64,000 bases of DNA, from positions 384,001-448,000 of the forward strand of contig CBDCYI010000011.1 in NCBI GenBank assembly GCA_965224085.1, in the 5' to 3' direction. Below, piece after piece: positions 1 to 9,356 of this stretch; position 1 is the stretch's first letter; each line of letters opens with the position of its first letter. The stretch comes from Candidatus Marinacidobacterales bacterium (lineage in GTDB: Bacteria; Acidobacteriota; Vicinamibacteria; Marinacidobacterales; SMYC01). Below the pieces are notes generated by a model. It ran no database searches. It was given only the letters and a program-made list of their open reading frames with translations, and had not been told where the DNA came from. A program made the translations under genes and the position numbers.

Positions 1-423
1 CGGACGAACCGTGTCAGCGCCGAGGTCATCGGCAACACCGACCAACCGACGCTCCAAGGCTTCGTCGCGAAGAATGTCGATCCTAGCGCGAAGCTCTACA
101 CCGACGACCACAGAGGCTATGTCGGTCTACCCAATCACGAGACGGTGAAGCACAGCGTCAAAGAGTACGTCAACGGAATGGCGCACACCAACGGGATTGA
201 GAGCTTCTGGTCGATGCTCAAGCGGGCGCACAAGGGGACGTTCCACAAGATGAGCCCCAAGCACTTACAACGCTACGTTAATGAGTTCGCTGAGAAGCAC
301 AACATCCGCGACCTAGGAACTCTCGACCAAATGCTCGACACCGTCGCTCGGCTTGTCGGACACCGACTTCTCTACCGTGACCTCGTCGCCAAGAACGGGC
401 TCAGTTCGATGGCGAGGTCGTAA
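1..423 (+). CDS. IS1595-family (ISXO2-like DDE) transposase, C-terminal part (5' end outside window)
   Basis: Frame 1 reads RTNRVSAEV...LYTDDHRGY...VKHSVKEYVNGMAHTNGIESFWSMLKRAHKGTFHKMSPKHLQRYVNEF, typical IS1595 motifs; nt 1-115 are identical to 21351-21465. Confidence 0.93.
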   Translation, partial: RTNRVSAEVIGNTDQPTLQGFVAKNVDPSAKLYTDDHRGYVGLPNHETVKHSVKEYVNGMAHTNGIESFWSMLKRAHKGTFHKMSPKHLQRYVNEFAEKHNIRDLGTLDQMLDTVARLVGHRLLYRDLVAKNGLSSMARS

Positions 424-504
424 GGGACTCAGCAACGCGCGGGCCAATCTCTCCGGCGTGGCGCCGGCCAGGTCGCGCTCGGGGATGATCATCGGTGGTC
501 TCAT
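313..504 (-). CDS. Small hypothetical protein overlapping the transposase 3' end in antisense
   Basis: Its ATG overlaps the TGA of the upstream ORF (ATGA at 501-504), suggesting translational coupling; amphipathic ATPERLARALL segment. Confidence 0.45.
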   Translation of the reverse strand: MRPPMIIPERDLAGATPERLARALLSPLRPRHRTEPVLGDEVTVEKSVSDKPSDGVEHLVESS

Positions 505-854
505 AGCTTCACCTTGATGTTACCGACCCGGTCCTCTACGCGTTCGAGCCGCTTATCCATCTTCTCGGTCCTACGGCCAATGAGGTCTAGCTTCTGACCG
601 AATACTCCAAAATTGTGCTCAAGGGTGCTGAACCGGTGACCCATCGCGTCGAGCTTTGACGACAGCCCGTCGATTTTACCCGACACTTTTTCGATGTCGT
701 CGATTATCTCTCCTTGCCTGAACCCGTACTTCTCGTCGAGCCTCGTCGCGATTGCGTCTGCCAGTTCATGCGCGAACTTAGGGTCTTTTGCCATCAGAGC
801 CGCAAGCCTTTCAATGTCTTGATCCGATAGACCGTCTGCATTATAATCCAGCAC
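501..854 (-). CDS. Coiled-coil hypothetical protein (likely IS1595 passenger)
   Basis: Heptad-rich C-terminus (IEKVSGKIDGLSSKLDAM...LERVEDRV); looks less GC-rich than the backbone. Confidence 0.65.
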   Translation of the reverse strand: MLDYNADGLSDQDIERLAALMAKDPKFAHELADAIATRLDEKYGFRQGEIIDDIEKVSGKIDGLSSKLDAMGHRFSTLEHNFGVFGQKLDLIGRRTEKMDKRLERVEDRVGNIKVKL

Positions 855-896
855 AGAAGTTCTCCCTGTCTCCGCGCTGTCACGCGGTGATGATTT

Positions 897-934
897 AAAA
901 GCCCCGGGGGTAATTCCCCGGGGCTTCTGCTTTT
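897..934. terminator. Intrinsic terminator, possibly bidirectional
   Basis: aaaagccccggggg-taattccccggggcttctgctttt: GC stem flanked by A and T runs, just downstream of the lipoprotein stop. Confidence 0.65.
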
Positions 935-951
935 CAGGCTCTACTCTATCA

Positions 952-1420
952 CTACCTCGGCGGATTGGTGTAGAACCTCACAATCCCTCTGTTTCTGAGG
1001 TCGTCTGTATATCCGATAGCGATGTAGAAGCCCAGCTGTGCGCTGAATGTGAAGCTTTTAGTGCTGCCAAGCCTCCAGCCTGTTGTTACCGAACGCATTG
1101 ACAAAATGATCCGCGCCATACTCCCATATTGGCTCGAAGTTTCGATTCTCGCCTCGGATGAAGTTCAAATTGGCTCCCACGCCCCCCGTGTTCGTCAACG
1201 AAAGACTGAACACGGCAGAGTCGCAGAATTTAGTAGTGCATTCGTATTCACCGGCCAAGCTGATATCGGCTGGGCGTCTGGGTGCTGGCGCTGGCCTTGG
1301 CGTTGGTTGACGAGTTGTGGTTGGTGCCGGCGCTGGGGACGTTGGTGTACTATCGCCCTCATCGCCACAGCCAGCCAATACACCTATAAGTAGAAACAAT
1401 GCTGATCTCCGCATGAGCAT
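952..1420 (-). pseudogene. Lipoprotein with Pro/Thr linker, one-base frameshift near 1069-1070
   Basis: Lipobox VLAGC; removing one T gives ...LEAGSTKSFTFSAQLGFYIAIGYTDDLRNRGIVRFYTNPPR* ending at 952, just before the terminator. Confidence 0.65.
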
Positions 1421-1624
1421 TCTCGAAGCGTCCTTTCGTGGATTACTGGCCCGGTGAATTGGTCACCGGGCCAGTCGTCACACGAAACGCATGCGGTAGC
1501 ATGCAGGATCTCGCCTATTTCCCTATGGGGAGGGTATTGTATTCAGCGAGTGACCCGATAGTTGAGCCGCACGCGTTCGTGTGACGGTGGGAAGGGTATT
1601 CTAATGGGCGGGCCTTGTCAAGGT

Positions 1625-2572
1625 TTACTTATAATTACCAAAAGTTGCGAGCCGTTGTGTCAGCAACCGGAAAAAGCCGTCGGCATCGCCGTCGTGCATC
1701 CACACCGCATTGGGCTCGCGTTCGGTGACGCCCCAGAAGTCGATGACGGTCTCCCCCATCGTGAGCTCCGATTCCGTCTCCACCGCAACGTTCACGCGCT
1801 TGCCTCGAAAAAGCTCGGGCTCGAGTAGATAAGCCACCGTGCATGGGTCGTGGAGAGGCCCGCCTTCCACACCATACTTTCTGACATCGTAGCGGTTGGA
1901 GTACTCGAGCATGCCCCGCACGTTGTGTGCCACTTTCGTTCCGAGAGCGCTGATGGCCGCCACTCGCGGCGGCGTCGCGAGGATTTGATGGGTCACGTCG
2001 AGCGGTAGGACGACGAGGGGACGACCGCACTCGATCACGATCTTGGCCGCGTGCGGATCGACATAAACATTGAACTCCGCCGAGGGCGTGACGTTGCCAC
2101 CTTCTCGAAAGGCGCCGCCCATCATGACGATCTCATGAATTTTGGACGCGATACTCGGCTCCCTTTCGAGGGCCGTCGCGACATTCGTGAGCGGTGCGGT
2201 GGGGACGAGCGTAATCGAGTCGTCTTCAGCCCCCATGAGCGTGTCGATGATGAAATCGACGGCGTGTTTCGACTGCAGCGGCATCTCTGGGTCGTAGACA
2301 AGAGCTCCGTCGATACCTTCGCGCCCGTGAACGTATTCCGCCGTGACGAGCGGGCGCTTCATGGGAGCCGCGCAGCCGGCAAAGACGGGAACGTCGGTTC
2401 TGCCGCCAAGCTCGCACAAGATGCGCGCGTTGCGCTCTGTTTTCTCGAGAGGCACGTTGCCCGCAACCGTGGTGATCCCGAGAATGTCGAGCTCTTTCGG
2501 CGCGGCGAGCGCTAGCAGGATGTTGACGGCGTCGTCCTGACCGGGATCGCAATCAATGATGATGGGTCTCAT
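1625..2572 (-). CDS. Inosine/uridine-preferring nucleoside hydrolase (RihA/IunH-like)
   Basis: DCDPGQDD Ca-binding motif, AEFNVYVDPHAA, PLHDP. Confidence 0.95.
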   Translation of the reverse strand: MRPIIIDCDPGQDDAVNILLALAAPKELDILGITTVAGNVPLEKTERNARILCELGGRTDVPVFAGCAAPMKRPLVTAEYVHGREGIDGALVYDPEMPLQSKHAVDFIIDTLMGAEDDSITLVPTAPLTNVATALEREPSIASKIHEIVMMGGAFREGGNVTPSAEFNVYVDPHAAKIVIECGRPLVVLPLDVTHQILATPPRVAAISALGTKVAHNVRGMLEYSNRYDVRKYGVEGGPLHDPCTVAYLLEPELFRGKRVNVAVETESELTMGETVIDFWGVTEREPNAVWMHDGDADGFFRLLTQRLATFGNYK

Positions 2573-2659
2573 TTCAGCGTTCAGCACTCAGAAGTTGGCA
2601 TTCAGGACGTTTCTAGTCGCGACAGCGCCTATCGTGCTACATTCGCGCCCTATTCTACG

Positions 2660-3637
2660 ATGTTTGTTCCTCAGTCATACCTAGTAGCACTTCTTCTCAT
2701 GATCCTCTGCATGGCTTGTTGGGGTTCTTGGGCCAATACGTTCAAGCTTGCGGGGAAGGTTCGGTTCGAGCTTTTTTATTGGGATTACGCGCTTGGGGTC
2801 TTTGTCATGGCGCTCATTCTCGCCGTGACGCTCGGGAGTTGGCACGGCGGGGAGGATGCTTTTTTCAACAACCTTACTCAGGCTACGGGGTCGCGCATCG
2901 GCTACGCGATGCTCGCGGGCACAATCTTCAATCTCGCGAACATCTTGCTCGTGGGAGCTATCGCCATCGCGGGGATGGCCATCGCGTTTCCCGTGGCCAT
3001 TGGCGCGGCACTCGTCATCGGCACCGTTTTGACCTACATCGTCGATCAGACGGGCAATCCCGCCATGCTCTTTGCCGGGGTCGCCCTCGCGGTCGTTGCC
3101 ATCCTCGCTGATAGCTTCGCCTACAAAGAACTGTCCGGGGGGAAGGTCCAAGTCACAAAAAGGGGCCTTTGGGTCTCGATCGTCTCCGGGATTCTCATGG
3201 GAAGCTGGTCACCGCTGACGGCCGCGTCGATGGCCGATGGCGGCGGGCAGCTCACGCCTTATACGAGCATCGTCGTTTTTACTTTCGCGACCCTCGTTTC
3301 GACGTTCTTCTTCAACGTCTATTTCATGCAGAAACCGCTCATCGGCGAGCCCGTGTCGCTCGAAGGCTACTTGCAAGGCAAACCGAGCTGGCACCTGCTC
3401 GGGCTGACCGGCGGTTTCATCTGGAGCATCGGCACCGCGGCTAATCTCATTGCCGGGCGCGAAGCGGGATTCGCCGTTGCCTACGCAATGGGGCAGAGCG
3501 CACCCATGGTGGCGGCCCTCTGGGGCGTTTTCGTTTGGAACGAGTTCGAAGGCGCGTCCAGCAAGGCCAAAATGTACTTGGCGGCAATGTTCGTTTTTTA
3601 TGCCGGCGCCATCGGCGTCATCGCGAACGCCTTTTAG
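2660..3637 (+). CDS. DMT-superfamily 10-TM transporter (GRP sugar / ureide-permease-like), probably ribose or nucleoside uptake
   Basis: CWGSWANT...RFELFYWDY N-terminus, LWGVFVWNEF C-terminus; lies next to ribokinase. Confidence 0.85.
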   Translation: MFVPQSYLVALLLMILCMACWGSWANTFKLAGKVRFELFYWDYALGVFVMALILAVTLGSWHGGEDAFFNNLTQATGSRIGYAMLAGTIFNLANILLVGAIAIAGMAIAFPVAIGAALVIGTVLTYIVDQTGNPAMLFAGVALAVVAILADSFAYKELSGGKVQVTKRGLWVSIVSGILMGSWSPLTAASMADGGGQLTPYTSIVVFTFATLVSTFFFNVYFMQKPLIGEPVSLEGYLQGKPSWHLLGLTGGFIWSIGTAANLIAGREAGFAVAYAMGQSAPMVAALWGVFVWNEFEGASSKAKMYLAAMFVFYAGAIGVIANAF

Positions 3638-3662
3638 GCGCCCTTTTGGACGATGGAGTAGG

Positions 3663-4604
3663 ATGATGGCCAAGAAGAAAGCCCGTATCGTCGTCGTTGG
3701 AAGCGCCAACGTCGACCTCACGACGTTTACCGATCAGTTCCCGAAGCCCGGCGAGACGCTTTTCGGCAAGAGCTTCGATCTCGGCTTTGGCGGCAAAGGT
3801 GCTAACCAGGCTGTCGCCGCCGCCTATTGCGGGGCCGATGCGCACATGGTCGCACGCGTGGGCGACGATTTATTCGGCCCCGCCAGCATTAAGAACTTCA
3901 AAAAGCTCGGCATCGGCGCCAAACACGTCAAGATGGTTAAGGGTGTCTCGAGCGGCGTCGCGCCTATCTTCGTCGAAGCTAACGGTCAAAACCGCATCCT
4001 GGTTGTGAAGGGAGCCAACGACAAGCTCACACCGAAAGCGGTCGGCAAAGCGGCATCGCTTCTCAACAAAGCGGACATGATCGTGCTGCAGTTCGAGATA
4101 CCGCTCGAGACGATTTACCACACGGTCAAATTCGCGAAAAAGCACAACGTTCCCGTGGTGCTCAACCCGGCTCCCGCGATGAACGTCGATCTCGCAAAGA
4201 TTCAAAACATCGATTACTTCATTCCTAACGAGAGCGAAGCCGAGGCGATCACAGGTAAGGCCGTCAAGACTGTAGACGATGCCAAGAGTTGCGCCGAGCA
4301 CCTGCTCTCGAATGGCGTGAAGCGCGTCATCCTTACGCTCGGCGAACGCGGCGCGCTTCTCGCGTCGAAGGACGGCATGGACCTCGTGCCTCCCTTTACG
4401 GTGAAGTCGGTCGACTCCACCGGGGCCGGCGACGCCTTCATCGGAAGCTTCGCCGTATTCCTCGGCGAAGGGCTTCCCGAGCGCGAAGCGGTCGCGCGGG
4501 CGAACCTTTACGCCGCGATCTCGACGACCGGAATCGGTACGCAGAAGTCGTTCATCAAGCGGCGCAAGTTCGATCGTGCATGGAAGAAGCGGTCCCGTGC
4601 GTAA
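3663..4604 (+). CDS. rbsK: Ribokinase (PfkB family)
   Basis: GSANVD, GGKGANQA, NESE and DSTGAGDAFIG motifs. Confidence 0.93.
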   Translation: MMAKKKARIVVVGSANVDLTTFTDQFPKPGETLFGKSFDLGFGGKGANQAVAAAYCGADAHMVARVGDDLFGPASIKNFKKLGIGAKHVKMVKGVSSGVAPIFVEANGQNRILVVKGANDKLTPKAVGKAASLLNKADMIVLQFEIPLETIYHTVKFAKKHNVPVVLNPAPAMNVDLAKIQNIDYFIPNESEAEAITGKAVKTVDDAKSCAEHLLSNGVKRVILTLGERGALLASKDGMDLVPPFTVKSVDSTGAGDAFIGSFAVFLGEGLPEREAVARANLYAAISTTGIGTQKSFIKRRKFDRAWKKRSRA

Positions 4605-5115
4605 ACTTTTATTTTCGATTAGTGTCCTCGCGGCCGCGTCATTTATAGACGCCCCCGAGAGCGAGAATGACAGCGAGAACGACATCGTGAGGGCGTGGTT
4701 CGAGCACATGAACGCGCTCGACGAATCCGAGGAGAGTGTCGACGCGCTCATTGCACTCTACCAGCCGGACGCCCTTCACATCACCGGGCCTGAAAGCCAC
4801 CAGCTCGGCACGGTTACCTTCGCTGGGCACGAGAACATCCGCAAGATGGCGCGGGATTTCGCCGCGACCTATGAGAGCCCACGTTTCCGCATCGAGGTGG
4901 TGACGGCTCGGGAGCAGTCGCTGTCACTGTTCCACCGCGCCGACGGCCCGTGGGGCGCCGCGAGCGTCGCCGTCGAATACGTAGCCGCTTACACCCGACG
5001 GGAGGACGGGACGAGAGTGATGGTGCCTGGCGCGGCGTTCTTCCAACTCGCCGACGGCAAGATCCGTCGAGCGCGCTTCTACTTCGCGACGGGGGAAGTG
5101 GCACCCGTCCAGTAG
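4597..5115 (+). CDS. Secreted NTF2/SnoaL-like protein
   Basis: Signal peptide; ALYQPDA...FAGHENIR...DGKIRRARFY pattern. Confidence 0.75.
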   Translation: MRKLLFSISVLAAASFIDAPESENDSENDIVRAWFEHMNALDESEESVDALIALYQPDALHITGPESHQLGTVTFAGHENIRKMARDFAATYESPRFRIEVVTAREQSLSLFHRADGPWGAASVAVEYVAAYTRREDGTRVMVPGAAFFQLADGKIRRARFYFATGEVAPVQ

Positions 5116-5209
5116 TTGTCCCGATTCAAATTCTTGAAGACCAACGAGCCGGTTGAGATTTAGCGGGCAGCGGCGGTACTATAGACGACGCTCGAAGGAG
5201 GATGTCTCT

Positions 5210-7102
5210 GTGCGCCGCCTTTTGCTTTCCGTTATGCTCGTCGCCCCTTGCCTCGCGGCTTTTGATGACGACGAGAAAGCCTCCGACAAGCGGCGCCGGG
5301 AGGACCGTGCCGCCGAAGCGCACCGCACGCTGCTCGAATCCGCCGATCGCGGCAGGGAGAGCGCCCATTTTACCGAAGCCGTGATGTCTGATCTGCCGGC
5401 GACGGCGCCCGGCGCCGACGTTCCTCGTCAAGGCATCATCGACACCATCCTCTTCCGGCAGATGGCGGAGCGGGGTGTTCCACATGCTGGGCTCGCTTCG
5501 GACACCGAGTTCGTGCGGCGCGTCTATCTCGACGCCACTGGCCTCCCGCCCGAACCGGACGCGATCCGCGCATTCGTCGCCGATGACGCTTCCCAAAAGC
5601 GCGTCAAGCTCATCGATTCTCTAGTGGGCACCGAAGCGTTCGCCGAGCAATGGGCATGGTTTTGGGGCGATCTCTTCCGCCTCGCGTCACAGGTCGGCCC
5701 GGTCAAAAACTCGTTTCAATTCTGGGTCAAGGAGTGGCTCCAAGTGGACCGGCCTTACGACGAGGTCGTCTACGATCTTCTGACCGGTGTTTCGAAAGCT
5801 CACGGCACGATCCCCGCGCTCGCATTCTTATCGCGCTCACATCAAGCGAAGAGCCGCATCGTCATGAGCAACGAGGATTACGGGATCCTCAACCGTCTCG
5901 ACTCGATCGATCAATTCAACGTCGACACGTCGCGGATTTTTCTCGGTATCACCACATCCTGCATTTCTTGCCACGACGGCGAGGCGCATCTCGAACCGGT
6001 CAACTCCTGGCTCACGAAAAAGACCCGCGCGGATTTCTATCGCCATTCGGCTTTCTTCGGAAAGACCCGCATGATTACGACTTGGGACGACCGCACCAAG
6101 AACGTCGTCGTCGATCTCGTCGTGGACGATCTCGCCAAAGGCTACGACACCGCGGACGATGCGCCGTTCTTCACGCTCTCCGAGAACCGCTTTCCGCGCT
6201 TCGACAGCGGGAGCTACGAACCCGCCTTCTTGTTGACCGGCGAGAAGCCGAAGCCCGGCGAGAACGAACGCGCCGCGCTCGCGCGCATGATCACGTCGCA
6301 CCCGCAATTCGCACGCGCGACCGTCAATTTGATTTGGGGAAAACTCATGACTGCGGCTTTCGTCGAGCCCTATAACGGGTTCGACCTCGACCGGATGGAC
6401 CCCGACAACCCACCCGACGCGCCGTGGACGATCCAGCCGACGAACCCTGAGCTTCTCGAAGCGCTCGCGGCGGACTTTCGCGAGAGCGGCTACAGCATCC
6501 ACCACCTCATGAAGACGATCTTCCGCTCGAGCGCTTATCAGCTCGATTCGCGCTACCCCGCCGAGTGGAAGGACGAGTATCTGCCTTACTACCCGCGCAA
6601 ATTCGTACGGGTGCTCACCGGCCCAGAGCTCGTGGATACGATCGCACGCGTGACGGGACGGCCGGGCGAGTTTCAGTTCTCGGGCACGACGGCCACGCGG
6701 GTCAAACAGCTCGCCGCGCCGTCCGATCTCGGCGCACGCCGCGGAAGAGGCGAAGGGGCAGAAGTCAACGCGCTCTTGCTCGCATTTTTTCAGAGCAACC
6801 GTATGACGCCAATGCCGGTCGGTAACAAAGTCTCTACGTTGCAAGCGATGCTCATGATGCAGTCGAGCGTCGTGAGCCGCCGCGTCGCCCCCGAACGAGA
6901 CTCGCGGGTCGATCGGCTCGTCAAGTCGGAAGCGACGGACGACGAGCTCATTGCCGAGCTCTATCTCGCGACGCTCGCGCGCTGGCCGAGCGCCGCCGAA
7001 AGTGAAGTCGCATTGGAGGCGGTTTCACAGGACCGCGCCGCCGGTGCTTCGAATTTACAGTGGGCGCTCCTGAACTCGCCCGAGTTTCTTCTGAACCATT
7101 GA
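5210..7102 (+). CDS. DUF1549/DUF1553 (PSD1-type) secreted protein with CxxCH motif
   Basis: EFVRRVYLDATGLPP, FLGITTSCISCHD, FARATVNLIWGKLM, LQWALLNSPEFL; GTG start after SD ggagga. Confidence 0.9.
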   Translation: MRRLLLSVMLVAPCLAAFDDDEKASDKRRREDRAAEAHRTLLESADRGRESAHFTEAVMSDLPATAPGADVPRQGIIDTILFRQMAERGVPHAGLASDTEFVRRVYLDATGLPPEPDAIRAFVADDASQKRVKLIDSLVGTEAFAEQWAWFWGDLFRLASQVGPVKNSFQFWVKEWLQVDRPYDEVVYDLLTGVSKAHGTIPALAFLSRSHQAKSRIVMSNEDYGILNRLDSIDQFNVDTSRIFLGITTSCISCHDGEAHLEPVNSWLTKKTRADFYRHSAFFGKTRMITTWDDRTKNVVVDLVVDDLAKGYDTADDAPFFTLSENRFPRFDSGSYEPAFLLTGEKPKPGENERAALARMITSHPQFARATVNLIWGKLMTAAFVEPYNGFDLDRMDPDNPPDAPWTIQPTNPELLEALAADFRESGYSIHHLMKTIFRSSAYQLDSRYPAEWKDEYLPYYPRKFVRVLTGPELVDTIARVTGRPGEFQFSGTTATRVKQLAAPSDLGARRGRGEGAEVNALLLAFFQSNRMTPMPVGNKVSTLQAMLMMQSSVVSRRVAPERDSRVDRLVKSEATDDELIAELYLATLARWPSAAESEVALEAVSQDRAAGASNLQWALLNSPEFLLNH

Positions 7103-7130
7103 TTGATGACCTGGTGACTGGGAGGAGGCC

Positions 7131-8552
7131 ATGGCTCGCGTAAAGGACATTCTGCCGACGCGGCGGGCCGTGCTCCGCTTTGGCGGGCTCGCGCTCGCTG
7201 GTGCCAGTCTCGACCACCTCGTGTGGCCGCTCGAGATTCACGCCAACGGCCAAACGAATGGCCAGACGGGAAAGAGCGACCCGAGAGGCACAGCCCGAAA
7301 CTGCATCTTCATCGAGATGGGCGGCGCCATCAGCCCGATGGACTGCTGGGATTTCAAACAAACCCGCTATACGCCCAAAGACCTCGACATGGTGCAGCTG
7401 CGCGATGACCTCTCGATCTCGCGTACGCTCTTTCCGGAGCTTCACAAAGAAATGGACAAGGTCGCGCTCGTTCGGTCCATGCGCGCCCCTGAGCTCATCC
7501 ACTTCAACGGGCAATATCACACTCAAACGGGCCGCGCGCTCAACGTCGCCATCGCTCGCGAGATCCCGGGCTTCGGCAGTATCATCTCCTACGAGCTCGA
7601 AGCCCAACGGCGCGAGACGGACACGTTTCCGACCTACATGTCGACGCAGCTCACGCGCGCGCGCGCGGGCTCGATCGGTGCGGGTTTTCTTCCGACGCGC
7701 TTCACCGGGCTCGATCTCGACCCCACAACCGTCTTCGAATCCTTTGCAGGCAACACGCAAGGGGGTAAGGAGCTTTTGGAAGAGCGCTTCCGGCTCTTGA
7801 ACGCGCTCGTCGACGCTTCCGAGACCGAGCGCCTTTCGATGGGCTCGAAAGCTGCGGACTATCGCGAGTTCTATCGCGGGGCCTATGACATTTTGAACGA
7901 CCCGCGTTGGCCCACGATCTTCCAAGCGACAGAGGAAGACAAGACACGCTACGGAGACGATGAGTTCGGTCTCGGCTGCATTCTCGCCCGTAATATACTC
8001 GAAGCGGATGCCGGTACACGTTTCATTTACATCTACGACGGCGACCGCTGGGATCATCACTCGGGCATCTTCGATCGCACGAAGAAGCGGAATCACTACA
8101 CAACCTGCCCGCGGCTCGACAAAGGCCTCGTGAGCTTGCTGCGCGATCTGGAAGCGAGACCGGGGACGGCCACCGGCAAAACAATGTTCGACGAAACGCT
8201 CATCGTCGCGACAAGCGAGTTCGGACGCACGCCGGAGATGAATCCTGTCGCGGGCCGCGATCATTGGCGGCTGGCCTACACGTCGCTCTTCGCCGGAGGT
8301 GGCGTCGCGGGCGGACGCATCATTGGTGCGACGAACGCAGACGGCGGCGAGTGCATCGACTATGGCTGGAAGCACGAGGGACAGCCGTTCATGGACAGCA
8401 TCGTCGCGACGATCTATTCCGCTCTAGGCATCGACTGGAGAAAATCCGTCAAGAACACGCCTTCGGGCCGGGAGTATCGCTACGTGGACACGGTGGCGCT
8501 TGGAGGATCGGAGATGATGTTCGACGACGAGATCGCGGAGCTGTTTCTCTAG
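7131..8552 (+). CDS. DUF1501 protein with Tat signal
   Basis: TRRAVLRFGG Tat motif, IFIEMGGAISPMDCWD, WDHH, SEFGRTP, GRDHW. Confidence 0.9.
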   Translation: MARVKDILPTRRAVLRFGGLALAGASLDHLVWPLEIHANGQTNGQTGKSDPRGTARNCIFIEMGGAISPMDCWDFKQTRYTPKDLDMVQLRDDLSISRTLFPELHKEMDKVALVRSMRAPELIHFNGQYHTQTGRALNVAIAREIPGFGSIISYELEAQRRETDTFPTYMSTQLTRARAGSIGAGFLPTRFTGLDLDPTTVFESFAGNTQGGKELLEERFRLLNALVDASETERLSMGSKAADYREFYRGAYDILNDPRWPTIFQATEEDKTRYGDDEFGLGCILARNILEADAGTRFIYIYDGDRWDHHSGIFDRTKKRNHYTTCPRLDKGLVSLLRDLEARPGTATGKTMFDETLIVATSEFGRTPEMNPVAGRDHWRLAYTSLFAGGGVAGGRIIGATNADGGECIDYGWKHEGQPFMDSIVATIYSALGIDWRKSVKNTPSGREYRYVDTVALGGSEMMFDDEIAELFL

Positions 8553-8559
8553 AGCGGCC

Positions 8560-9342
8560 GTGCTCACCCTGATACTGGCGGCGATGGCGTCGATGCCGCC
8601 ATCCGACATGGTCTCGATTCCAGCCGGTGATTTCTGGATGGGCCGCTATCACATGTGGCTCATCGACGAGATCGGTTGGCAGACCCGCGATCGAATGGAC
8701 GATCGCCCGATGCATCTCGTTTACCTCGACGCGTTTCTCATCGATCGCTACGAAGTGACGAACCGCGATTACGCGCGTTTCGTCAAAGAGACGGAACATC
8801 GCGCACCTTTTCATTGGCGCAAAGGGAGCATCCCCGAAGAAAAACCCCGCATGCCGGTCTATAACGTGAGCTGGGACGACGCGGCCGCCTATTGTGCGTG
8901 GGCGGGAAAGCGGCTCCCGACAGAAGCCGAGTGGGAGAAGGCCGCGCGTGGCGGGTACAAAAAATTGTCTCACCCATCCCGTAATGGGCTCGACGAAGAG
9001 CCCGCGGAAGATGCCAGCGAAGACGCGAAGCCCATTCGGCTCGCGCATTACGGCCATCCCAAAGGCCCCATCGACGTCAGCCGCTACCCGCCGAACGGCT
9101 ACGGTGCGTACGATATGGTGGGAAACGTCTGGGAGTGGGTCGCCGATGGCTACGAGCTCTACTATTATTCGGTGAGCCCACGCGAAAATCCTCGCGGAGC
9201 GAAAGACGCTCCTTACAAGGTCTATCGGGGTGGGAGCTGGGGTGACGTGGACGAACGGCTTCTCTCGGTGTTCTATCGCAACTTCACGGACAAAACGACC
9301 CGCACGAGCACGATCGGCTTTCGGTGTGCGGGCAGCTCCTAA
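8560..9342 (+). CDS. FGE-sulfatase (SUMF1/EgtB-like) domain protein
   Basis: EVTN, RLPTEAEWEKAARGG, YDMVGNVWEWV, RGGSW, IGFRC. Confidence 0.92.
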   Translation: MLTLILAAMASMPPSDMVSIPAGDFWMGRYHMWLIDEIGWQTRDRMDDRPMHLVYLDAFLIDRYEVTNRDYARFVKETEHRAPFHWRKGSIPEEKPRMPVYNVSWDDAAAYCAWAGKRLPTEAEWEKAARGGYKKLSHPSRNGLDEEPAEDASEDAKPIRLAHYGHPKGPIDVSRYPPNGYGAYDMVGNVWEWVADGYELYYYSVSPRENPRGAKDAPYKVYRGGSWGDVDERLLSVFYRNFTDKTTRTSTIGFRCAGSS

Positions 9343-9356
9343 GGGTCCGCGAAGAA

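Noticed and set aside
998-1020. gtcgtctgtatatccg as the IS1595 right end
   Set aside because: It lies within the frameshift-corrected lipoprotein C-terminus (GYTDD).
6948-8375. Long antisense ORFs (also 38592-39920, 5837-6844, 31023-32105 and others)
   Set aside because: Shadow ORFs of high-GC genes that overlap well-supported CDSs, with no recognisable motifs.
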